64,000 nt of DNA from a virus (taxonomy: Duplodnaviria; Caudoviricetes): positions 4,324 to 68,323 of IMG/VR virus record IMGVR_UViG_3300002220_000301. One strand, given 5' to 3'. The stretch's first letter is position 1. Each line of letters starts with the position of its first letter. The position numbers were made by a program, and so were the translations under genes. Below are positions 9,838-17,828 of the stretch, in pieces. A model generated the notes under the pieces. It was given only the letters and a program-made list of their open reading frames with translations, was not told where the DNA came from and searched no databases.

Positions 9838-10152
9838 TCAATTCCCGAGATCGCCGAAGATGTAGTGACCACCCCTCCTCGACTGTATCCAGTAGAGCAT
9901 CCAAAAGAGCGCGTTCTCTTCAAGTGCGGATATAATGCTCTCGTTGCCAGACCATCCTCCAGTGCTTACAGTCCAAAGGCCAGTGTCGCTGTCTTTAGAG
10001 ATGTAGTTTTTGAATGTCCAGATGGGCTCGATTAAAGTCAGCAAGTCTTCGCAGTCTGCAGCGCACAAGACTGGATACTGCCTGATTGCATCAAGGGTCT
10101 CGTCTGTCGGGTAGCCGTCACCGTCTAACTCTGCTATAAAGTTCTTTTGCAT
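9838..10152 (-). CDS. Hypothetical phage protein
   Basis: SD AAGGAGG before ATG 10152; DGDGYPT...STGGWSGNES...W...RRGGHY sequence typical of small phage proteins. Confidence 0.75.
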   Translation of the reverse strand: MQKNFIAELDGDGYPTDETLDAIRQYPVLCAADCEDLLTLIEPIWTFKNYISKDSDTGLWTVSTGGWSGNESIISALEENALFWMLYWIQSRRGGHYIFGDLGN

Positions 10153-10210
10153 TGCGCCTCCTTTCAGTCTTGCTGCATCTGTGTGCAGCACATTCCATTT
10201 TCTTAAACGC

Positions 10211-10246
10211 AAAAAGCCTCGGCCATTACACGAGCTGAGGCTTTTT
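10211..10246. terminator. Intrinsic terminator (bidirectional-type)
   Basis: AAAAGCCTCGG-loop-CTGAGGCTTTT with flanking A/T runs. Confidence 0.7.
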
Positions 10247-10255
10247 GCGATGCGA

Positions 10256-10468
10256 CTAAGTGAGCTTTAGCTCGCCGTCTCTTAGCTTACGAACAAGTCC
10301 TCTGCAGAAGACCTTGTAACCTGCCTCCATGCGATACCTGTCGATGAGAGTCGCGAGTGCGACGACTCCGATGCGCTGTTCGCTTGGCATCGCATCGTAC
10401 ATCTTGTCGAACTCCTCCATCATCTCGATGTTGGCGCGTTCCATTTTTTCCTGGACAGTTTCTTCCAT
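10256..10468 (-). CDS. Hypothetical protein
   Basis: SD AGGAG before ATG 10468 (MEETVQEK...). Confidence 0.7.
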   Translation of the reverse strand: MEETVQEKMERANIEMMEEFDKMYDAMPSEQRIGVVALATLIDRYRMEAGYKVFCRGLVRKLRDGELKLT

Positions 10469-10630
10469 AAATAACTCCTGTCTCGCGAGTAAGGCGATAC
10501 TCGCATATCGATGAGCGGTCTTGCTCATACACCTGCCCAAGACTGGGTTGTCTTGGGCAGGAATTTGGGTAAGACCCTTAATATGTATGCCTCGAGGCAA
10601 AGTCCTCGAGGCAATTGTAGGGAAGAGCTG

Positions 10631-11371
10631 CTATTTTGTCGGGACGGACTCGGCTTTCGCATTGGACTTTGGAAGGTGAGCCTTCGCCCAATTGACGATG
10701 CTGTCGACTTCGCCGCCGACGAGCTCGAGCTTTGCCTCGCCAAGCCTTGCGAACAACTCGAATTTGCCGAGTTTCTGGATTTCTCCAGCAAGACCAGCGA
10801 TGGCATTGGCGCGAGCCTCATCCGTGATGGCGTCGCATTCGCCAGCGTCAAGCGCGATGCCAGCGACTTTTGCCATCAGGCGCGGCTTGCCGACCATCGT
10901 CTTTACGAGGTCGAAGTCGCCCTCGCGGACTTTGCGCGACACTTCTGCGACTTTCGCAGCAAAGGCATTGCTCGCGCTCACCGGAAGAGTGATTGTGTCC
11001 GCAGAGATTTTGGCGTCTGCCGTGCCGTCATTAATAACCAGCACATCGCCGTCAACGCGAGCCGAGAGTTTGGCGCGAGAACCGCCGCCACCTCCACCGA
11101 CCGCCTCGCGGGACTTGGGATCGACGCCGTTGATGACCTTGTTCCCAGCCGTGATCTTTGTTCCGATGGTCGGAACAGCAAGAGACACAGGGAACTCAAT
11201 GTCCGTGCCTGCGAGAGCGTAAGTCTTTACGCTTGGGTTTTCACTCGCGTAGTCCGCGAGAACCTGGGCGCCTGGGAAGCTCTTGCCTCCGTAACGGCAG
11301 TTCACGTCGAGTTGGTCGACAGTGAAGACGCCTTTTGCCAAATCAAGATTACCTGCAAGTTTCTGTGACAT
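10631..11371 (-). CDS. Hypothetical protein, probably highly expressed
   Basis: 246 aa, SD AAGGAGG, strong codon bias, downstream of consensus promoter. Confidence 0.8.
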   Translation of the reverse strand: MSQKLAGNLDLAKGVFTVDQLDVNCRYGGKSFPGAQVLADYASENPSVKTYALAGTDIEFPVSLAVPTIGTKITAGNKVINGVDPKSREAVGGGGGGSRAKLSARVDGDVLVINDGTADAKISADTITLPVSASNAFAAKVAEVSRKVREGDFDLVKTMVGKPRLMAKVAGIALDAGECDAITDEARANAIAGLAGEIQKLGKFELFARLGEAKLELVGGEVDSIVNWAKAHLPKSNAKAESVPTK

Positions 11372-11567
11372 TATTAACCGCCTCCTTAGCGGTGTCGAGA
11401 CATTACAGCACGATATAACATCTCTGATTGTAAGGTTCGAGCGCGGCTCGTGCTACAATGTATTGCCGCGCTGTATCAAAATCTTGATACAGGACTGCTC
11501 GCGATGTTATGCACAAGACACATCGCGAGCAGGAACTCTATCAAGGTTTCTTTATTTTTATACAATA

Positions 11568-11596
11568 ATTATACCACAAAAGACATCTTTTGTCAA
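11568..11596 (-). promoter_or_regulatory. Consensus sigma70 promoter
   Basis: TTGACA-17 bp-TATAAT, perfect; spacer holds near-palindrome CAAAAGATGTCTTTTG. Confidence 0.9.
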
Positions 11597-11647
11597 CCCC
11601 GAGTTTTAGGTTCAAGGTCTCGTGACGCCATCGGTACAATCATCGCT

Positions 11648-11851
11648 CTATCTCGACTTGAGCGCTCTCGCATACGCTACGGCATGGTCTCGGCGAGTGA
11701 ATGTGTCGAGGTACTTTCCGTCTTGGGTGGAAACCTCCCATTCATTGTGCGAGACCTCGGCTATTCTAAACTTGCCAATGTCGATGGGCTTGCTGCGCAT
11801 CTTGCGCGCATGGTGGTCGAACTTGACAAACTCTAAAGACTCGCTGTTCAT
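11648..11851 (-). CDS. Hypothetical protein
   Basis: 67-aa ORF overlapping upstream stop. Confidence 0.55.
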   Translation of the reverse strand: MNSESLEFVKFDHHARKMRSKPIDIGKFRIAEVSHNEWEVSTQDGKYLDTFTRRDHAVAYARALKSR

Positions 11852-12186
11852 TGAAGGCTTCCTTTCCAGGCAGTAACGCTGAGCGACACGAGATCGCCAA
11901 TCTTAGCAAAGTGGCTTAGTGACGCCTTGAGCTGGTCTACGATCGCATTTACAAGGTCGCCAGTCGGCAGCCAGCGAGTTTGAGTCATCACCTCATCGAT
12001 TGTCCTGAAATACGCATCGCCTGGCGGCACATCGTCATCGTCAGACAGCGACAAGTTGAACAAGACATTAATTGGCTTGCCGTCGATGTCGACAATGTCG
12101 CTTACGCTCTCGACAACATACTGAATGACATCTTTCGCGATGGCATCAAGGTCGCCATCATACCTTTCTAACTCTTGCTTGTACAT
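11848..12186 (-). CDS. Hypothetical protein
   Basis: SD GAGGAGG before ATG. Confidence 0.75.
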   Translation of the reverse strand: MYKQELERYDGDLDAIAKDVIQYVVESVSDIVDIDGKPINVLFNLSLSDDDDVPPGDAYFRTIDEVMTQTRWLPTGDLVNAIVDQLKASLSHFAKIGDLVSLSVTAWKGSLQ

Positions 12187-12284
12187 ATCACGCCTCCTCG
12201 CGTGCTGACCTTAGTGGCAAGGCCTGAGCCCACACGCTCTTGCGTATGCTGGCGCACAAGAACTTGCGCTCTTGTGCGCAGTGC

Positions 12285-12605
12285 CTAAGCGAGAGCATTA
12301 AGACTAAACCAGTCGTTCATCCATATCTCGAGTTGCATGTGGCTTTTTAAGCAGTACTCCATGCACTCTTGCAGACTCCCCTCGAAGTATACATAGCCAT
12401 CTCGATTAAGAACGGTTGCTGGCTCGTCTTGGCTGTCGCGCCACTCAACTGGCCGGACTCTCCAGCCAGGTACGTCGTAAGAGTGCACGTGTTTGGACAT
12501 CTCTTCAAGGTGATCACACGCCTCGTCGAAGTCGTCGAAGCTGGTCAGGCAAGACCACTCTCCAGTTCCCTTGTCAAGCATCTGCACTTCATAGCGCTTA
12601 CTCAT
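12285..12605 (-). CDS. Hypothetical protein
   Basis: SD GGAGAG, 106 aa. Confidence 0.7.
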   Translation of the reverse strand: MSKRYEVQMLDKGTGEWSCLTSFDDFDEACDHLEEMSKHVHSYDVPGWRVRPVEWRDSQDEPATVLNRDGYVYFEGSLQECMEYCLKSHMQLEIWMNDWFSLNALA

Positions 12606-12617
12606 CGTACGTCTCTC

Positions 12618-12779
12618 CTATCTCATTACTCTCTCGGCTAACAGCGCGCCAAGAGCCACGAGCAACAGCGCAAGAGCCAACCACAAGAACACCGGCTCAT
12701 GCAATTCCGCGCCAAAGACTACACACATCGCAATGGCGAAACCCAGGACAACTAACAGATCTTTAATCTTGTCGTTCAC
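12618..12779 (-). CDS. Small two-TM membrane protein
   Basis: SD AAGGAGG then GTG 12779; two hydrophobic segments. Confidence 0.6.
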   Translation of the reverse strand: MNDKIKDLLVVLGFAIAMCVVFGAELHEPVFLWLALALLLVALGALLAERVMR

Positions 12780-12921
12780 ATCAGGCCTCCTTGACCTGTC
12801 GCACTGAAAGTCCAATGCTAAGACCATACGCGTCTTGCGCACGTTCATACACAGCACCTTTCCAGGTGCTGTGTATTATACCTATGCAAGATGGCAACTG
12901 CTGTCTCTGTCGCGGCGTCTC

Positions 12922-13191
12922 TCAAACGTGATATATGTAAGACATCGACTTACCTTGCGCATCGGTTGATAGCATTGTTACCCATCGCACGCCTTGATAG
13001 TAACAGCATTTCTCTGCCGTTCTTTTTGCATCGTCAATGTTACTGCAGGTAAGACTATTAAGATACGTGCAGCCATCTATGCGAACCTCGTAATACACCT
13101 TGAATTCGACTGGGCTTCCAGCATTTTCAGATGCGTCCACATCATAGTCGCCAGTCTTTGGGCAGTTGAGCCCCAGCACATTGTCATTCAT
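12922..13191 (-). CDS. Hypothetical protein
   Basis: SD AAGGAGG before ATG 13191 (MNDNVLGLNC...). Confidence 0.65.
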   Translation of the reverse strand: MNDNVLGLNCPKTGDYDVDASENAGSPVEFKVYYEVRIDGCTYLNSLTCSNIDDAKRTAEKCCYYQGVRWVTMLSTDAQGKSMSYIYHV

Positions 13192-13403
13192 TGCCGCGCC
13201 TCCTTGCGCATCGCGGTGAAAGTCCACCGCACAAGACCGTGCACATCGCGCGCACGCCTTGACACACCCCACCGCGTCAAGGCCTGCACACCACATCGCA
13301 CAAGACACCACGCAAGACGCCGCAGTTAAAACCGCATCTTGCAAGACACCACGCTTGTAATGACATTATAAGACATGTAAAATGTTAACGTGCTGTTAAC
13401 AAG

Positions 13404-13488
13404 GCTTTTTCTGAACCTTGGCCTCCGCCAGGACACAGGTCAAGGTTCAGAAAAAGCGGATAACGCCTCTCCCCTTGAGGCGTTATCC
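13404..13488. terminator. Two tandem strong hairpins after the 13503-14195 gene
   Basis: 17-bp perfect IR 13404-13420/13441-13457 and 12-bp perfect IR 13458-13469/13477-13488. Confidence 0.75.
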
Positions 13489-13502
13489 AGGTTATTAAGT
13501 TG

Positions 13503-14195
13503 TTAATTCTTTCTTATCCAGCTGTTAGCTATTTTACCATCGACCGATCCAGCATCGGTCAGTTTTATATATGCCAGCGACTTGAAGTCGTCTATTGAAC
13601 CAGTCCCGTCAGCTATTGCAGCATTGATCATCTTTATCAGCGCAACTTGTGCGTCTGCTTCGGTCGCATTGGTCGGCAGGTCAACTGAGTACGTCCCAGC
13701 TGTCGCGACTTTGCGTGGCTTGATAAACTTGGCCAGCCATGTCTGGTTACCCGCCAGGCAGTATTCTAAGATGAAGCCCTGCGCAAGTTTTACTGCGGTC
13801 AGGTCAGCCTGTGCCCGAAGCACGGGGACATGGATATTAAGGTCGTGGTCAACTGTGACTGTAAGGTCGCCTGCTGTGAACCTGGCCTCGGTCTCGGTCA
13901 GGTCAATTAAGACCGACCCAGCCCGACTGCTGATTGACTTGCGTGGAGTCGCCGCTTCTTCCCATGTGCATCCCTCGGCCAGCATCTTGTTGCATCGCGT
14001 GGCATAAGTCCCAAGCGTCGCCGCTGCTCCAGGCACAGTCGTCTCGTGCAAGACCGACCCGTCTGGCTTTAAGAACTCTACATGGGTGTACCCGCCCTTG
14101 ATTAGGACTTCGAAGACTTTAGCACTGCCACCAAAGGCATTGCCGTCTGCTTTCCATTGGAAAGTCTTTGATACAGAATTGTTAAGGTTCATCAC
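13503..14195 (-). CDS. Hypothetical protein, first gene of leftward early module
   Basis: 230 aa, SD AGGAGG. Confidence 0.8.
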   Translation of the reverse strand: MMNLNNSVSKTFQWKADGNAFGGSAKVFEVLIKGGYTHVEFLKPDGSVLHETTVPGAAATLGTYATRCNKMLAEGCTWEEAATPRKSISSRAGSVLIDLTETEARFTAGDLTVTVDHDLNIHVPVLRAQADLTAVKLAQGFILEYCLAGNQTWLAKFIKPRKVATAGTYSVDLPTNATEADAQVALIKMINAAIADGTGSIDDFKSLAYIKLTDAGSVDGKIANSWIRKN

Positions 14196-14328
14196 TTGCC
14201 GCCTCCTATTACGGCTTAATTGTGATCTGGGCTTTTTGGTTTGCCCTTGTTTGTTTGATTGACTATAGTATAGTCGCGCATCATTAGAATTGCATAATCA
14301 GTTTGTTAATGTTTCTGAAACGTGATTT

Positions 14329-14344
14329 TAGAACGAATATTCTA
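14329..14344. promoter_or_regulatory. Degenerate LexA (SOS/Cheo-type) box
   Basis: TAGAACGAATATTCTA, one mismatch to GAAC-N4-GTTC. Confidence 0.45.
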
Positions 14345-14500
14345 ATAACTGGCACGTATCTTGCACGAATAAAGGGGGGAAATGACCCCCTCAATAAAAT
14401 CAATAGTTATTTTAGAATAATTGATTATATGTTGCAGAATGTTAAAATTCAGTGGCTGAATTATGAATTATATCAAGACACGGTTTGATTGCGTATAGCC

Positions 14501-14550
14501 AGTATGTTAGAACAAATGTTCGATTGGAAAAATTTTTAGAACAAATGTGC
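14501..14550 (-). promoter_or_regulatory. Leftward promoter with LexA box in spacer, plus second box
   Basis: TTCCAA(14524-29)-17 bp-CATACT(14501-06); GAACAAATGTTC 14510-14521 perfect; GAACAAATGTGC 14539-14550. Confidence 0.65.
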
Positions 14551-14820
14551 TAAGAAACAAAGGGACCCCCTCGCAAATGGGGCTCATTTTTTGGGTTTAT
14601 GAAACGGGCCCCGTTTTTTTTGCACTTGCGAAACGGGGGTTGTTTAGCTGGGTTGGGGCTCGAAAACGGGGAGTTTGGAGGCGCGTTGCTTGCCGAAATT
14701 GCTGTTCCAAGCGCACCAACAACGGGCGAAAATTCAAAAAAAGTTGCGCCCCTTTTAATTAATTAAAATGAAGACAATTGTTAACGTTTTATTAACATTT
14801 CAGATTTAGCCAAATTTTTG

Positions 14821-14849
14821 TTGACAACGCGAACATCTTGTGGTACAAT
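14821..14849 (+). promoter_or_regulatory. sigma70 promoter (rightward)
   Basis: TTGACA-17 bp-TACAAT with TG extension. Confidence 0.75.
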
Positions 14850-15256
14850 CGAGTTGTACTTGACCAACCGCCCCAGTTATATCTGTTCAAACCCAGTTTT
14901 CATTTTAATAATAAGCGAACGCTTTACTATGCCTCTGTCCCAGGAAATATTAACGTTTTGTTAACGGGCGGAAATCAGTGGCACATTCTTCGGGGACAAA
15001 GGGCACATCGAGCACATTTTGTGAGTTTAATATTGTCAACACATGTCTACATAAGTCTAATGTTTAAGGGTGCAAAATTTGAAAAAAATTGAAAACCACT
15101 TTAAGAAAATTGAGATTCAAAAAATTTTTGGGGGGTCTACTTTTGGGCCGAAGAAACGGGGGAGCTTCTGGCGAGCTTCCCGCTATGTCTCCACCAAGTA
15201 ATGCCAGATTGATGTGCGGGGTTACTGCGCAGTTTACCGCAAGCCTGGTCCGCCGT

Positions 15257-15496
15257 TCATACGAGAGGCGCGCTGAGATCAGTTGGGTTAAGTATATCAT
15301 GCATTTGTGCTTCAATGATGCCAATTCTCTTTTCAAGACGCTGATTGTATTCTTCCAGAGATTCTACGCAGTCCCACAGCATCGCGATTTGCTGGTCGCT
15401 TGAAACCCACTGATACTGGTGGCGTTTCATGTGGACGCAATATTCACTATTTGGATTTACATGCGCGTCTGCCATATCGTTCTGCAAGTATATCAT
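15257..15496 (-). CDS. Possible hypothetical protein
   Basis: Coiled-coil-like ORF, start uncertain. Confidence 0.35.
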   Translation of the reverse strand: MIYLQNDMADAHVNPNSEYCVHMKRHQYQWVSSDQQIAMLWDCVESLEEYNQRLEKRIGIIEAQMHDILNPTDLSAPLV

Positions 15497-15530
15497 AACG
15501 GCGGTCTGTGTTTTGCTAAAACGCAATTTG

Positions 15531-15559
15531 TTGACAAAAATGCGGCACAGCGATATAAT
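15531..15559 (+). promoter_or_regulatory. Consensus sigma70 promoter for methyltransferase
   Basis: TTGACA-17 bp-TATAAT, perfect. Confidence 0.88.
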
Positions 15560-15584
15560 GATCTCAAAACCAAAGCAGGAGTAT

Positions 15585-16100
15585 ATGATTATGATAATTC
15601 ACATGGCACCAGGAAGGCCAGACGAGTTCCAAACACCACATTACGCAATAAACCCATTACTGCCATATCTGAAGCCTGGATGGAGAATATGGGAATGCGC
15701 ATGCGGAAAGGGCAACCTGGTAAACGCGTTTTCTTCCAAGGGGTTTGACGTACTCGGCACAGATATTGTTACCGGAACTGATTTTATGACTTGCGAACTT
15801 CCTGAGTTTGACTGCATTGTTACCAACCCGCCATACAGATATAAATACAACTTCATGGAAAGATGCTACGCACTTGGAAAGCCATTTGCATTACTGATGC
15901 CGCTAACGGCGCTTGAGACTAAAAAGCGCCAAACACTTATGCGCGACAATGGAGTTGAAATAATTCTGTTAGACAGGCGTATTAATTTTGAAACGCCGAA
16001 CAAAGTTGTCAAAAGTTCGTCGTGGTTTGCAACGGCATGGTTTACAAATGGTTTTGGAATTGGCGCGCAGCTGACATTTGCAGAACTGACTAAAGACTAA
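15585..16100 (+). CDS. Phage N6-adenine DNA methyltransferase (compact type)
   Basis: SD AGGAG; motif I WECACGKG, motif IV VTNPPY. Confidence 0.85.
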   Translation: MIMIIHMAPGRPDEFQTPHYAINPLLPYLKPGWRIWECACGKGNLVNAFSSKGFDVLGTDIVTGTDFMTCELPEFDCIVTNPPYRYKYNFMERCYALGKPFALLMPLTALETKKRQTLMRDNGVEIILLDRRINFETPNKVVKSSSWFATAWFTNGFGIGAQLTFAELTKD

Positions 16101-16111
16101 AATGGACGTAA

Positions 16112-16417
16112 CTATCGCTCTTCATTGCACTTGTCGCACAAGGTGAGCAACCACATTCTGTCTGTGCGCAGGCGTCCAGGCTTCCCGCACACTTCACATG
16201 TTTTGCAAGACTCCTGCTCGTAGTGGTCAATAAGGTCAAAGTACCAGTCTGGCGCGGATGAGACGAAGAATCTTAAAGACCCGTACTTCTCCTTAACTTG
16301 AATAACAGAGACATAATTTGGCTTTGCGTCATAGAGATTGTTAATAAACCTCGCCCAGCCATTGCCGACGCATGACAAAGCTGCTTTTCGCGTAAGTCCA
16401 TTTGTTGTGGTTTTCAT
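16112..16417 (-). CDS. Hypothetical phage protein with C-terminal Zn ribbon
   Basis: SD GGAGG; QVKEKYGSLRF and CEVCG...LCDKC. Confidence 0.8.
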   Translation of the reverse strand: MKTTTNGLTRKAALSCVGNGWARFINNLYDAKPNYVSVIQVKEKYGSLRFFVSSAPDWYFDLIDHYEQESCKTCEVCGKPGRLRTDRMWLLTLCDKCNEER

Positions 16418-16803
16418 ATGCTGTCCTCCAAAATTTATATTTGCCACTTATTCCCGTCAATATTTAGTGGCTGTCTCGGTCTTACAGTCGCTCATGACGC
16501 AGTTATGGCAGTTCACTTCTGCGCCCCGCCAACTTAGTTCGTTCCTACATCGGACGGCGAGACATATTCATGTAGTGAATCTCCAGTGGACCTGCCGCTA
16601 TCGAAAGCGGGTCACCTGATCGCTTGGAGCGGAGCGGGTCAGGGCGAACACCTGTCAGGCCCTCATGTAAACTTTTTGCCAATTTTTGATCATTACAACG
16701 TTATCATGTACAATTTTTGCCATTTTGTGTACATGATACGCTGCATATGTACCAATTTTGCAATTATTAATACATATATCTTTTTTGTGTATCATTTTTA
16801 CAA

Positions 16804-16837
16804 CTTTTGATACACAAGTTTGTTTGTGTATCAAAAG
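16804..16837. repeat. 14-bp perfect inverted repeat (terminator or operator)
   Basis: CTTTTGATACACAA-6 nt-TTGTGTATCAAAAG. Confidence 0.75.
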
Positions 16838-16906
16838 TGAGACACAAGTAAATGTCCGCGACTCGCGCGCTTTGTTGGGCGTGGCGGGGGCATTGGGCTT
16901 CATGGC

Positions 16907-17116
16907 TTATAACTCAAATTCCGTGCAGGTTATCTTCCACCCATAGGCTCCTGGATATAGCGGGTTGTCATCGGGGCGGACAGCTGGAGGGTAGGTGATA
17001 TAGACCGTTGGAAGTTCTATCTTTGTTTCCGATTCGAGATTACTTATCCTCATGTTTAATTGTTCGACCTGCAATTGCAACTCGTTAATTAGTTTTCTTA
17101 GCTCTGATTTTTTCAT
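16907..17116 (-). CDS. Hypothetical protein
   Basis: SD GAGGAG; coiled-coil N-terminus. Confidence 0.7.
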   Translation of the reverse strand: MKKSELRKLINELQLQVEQLNMRISNLESETKIELPTVYITYPPAVRPDDNPLYPGAYGWKITCTEFEL

Positions 17117-17142
17117 GTTAGGCTCCTCGTGTTAATTATAAC

Positions 17143-17715
17143 TCATTTCGCGCAAAAGTCATAAAACAGATTGACTATACTGTTCCAGATCATTCTAATG
17201 TTCAGTGGTATTATCCGCAACTTTGCTCTAATGAGTTTTAGCACATTTGCTCCAATAATGTTAGATTTTTTTATCGTATAGATATAATCGCCTCTCGTTG
17301 TCTGGCTTATTTTTTCATAACAATTCAGAGTAACATTCCCAAACAAACTCCAGTTAAAGGGAACCGCAATGTAATATTGGCATTTGCCCTTGTTGTAAAT
17401 TGAGATATGGGTGGTACTTGGGCTGTTCCTGATTGTATCAAACAGAGGAGTTGGAACATACCATTCAGCAGTTGTGTTGTTGAACGTTGTATCGTTGATC
17501 GTGAGTATGTCGCCGGCTTCTTTTTTCAGTCGAATGTCAACTGACTTGCAGCAATAATAATGCTCTGCGTGCCCCGATTCATGCGCCCAAATTCCATCCT
17601 CGATCCCGTCGATATAGAAGCCATTTACCAGCTCTCTCGGTATCTCGTAACTGTCGCAATTTTCCAATCCGATTTGTATGCTGTCAAACTCTATGTCCAT
17701 TACACTCCTTGCCAA
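17143..17715 (-). CDS. Hypothetical protein
   Basis: 190-aa ORF, SD AAGGAG. Confidence 0.7.
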   Translation of the reverse strand: MARSVMDIEFDSIQIGLENCDSYEIPRELVNGFYIDGIEDGIWAHESGHAEHYYCCKSVDIRLKKEAGDILTINDTTFNNTTAEWYVPTPLFDTIRNSPSTTHISIYNKGKCQYYIAVPFNWSLFGNVTLNCYEKISQTTRGDYIYTIKKSNIIGANVLKLIRAKLRIIPLNIRMIWNSIVNLFYDFCAK

Positions 17716-17828
17716 ACTCTAAAGTAAGTCAGAGTCTAAACGGCGGTATTTACATTTTTTTGAATTGTATATGCAGTATATCAATTCACTTTTTCATTTC
17801 TTTCATTTTTTTAGTTCTTTATTTGCAT

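Noticed and set aside
13215-13226. GAAAGTCC resembling RNase P RNA P4
   Set aside because: Only 8 nt match, on the non-transcribed strand, with no other RNase P elements
15064-15403. Overlapping ORFs 15064-15336 and 15089-15403
   Set aside because: Run through homopolymer-rich non-coding DNA, no SD, mutually overlapping
16655-16903. 82-aa minus-strand ORF
   Set aside because: Crosses an AT-rich palindromic region, no SD, low-information sequence; likely non-coding
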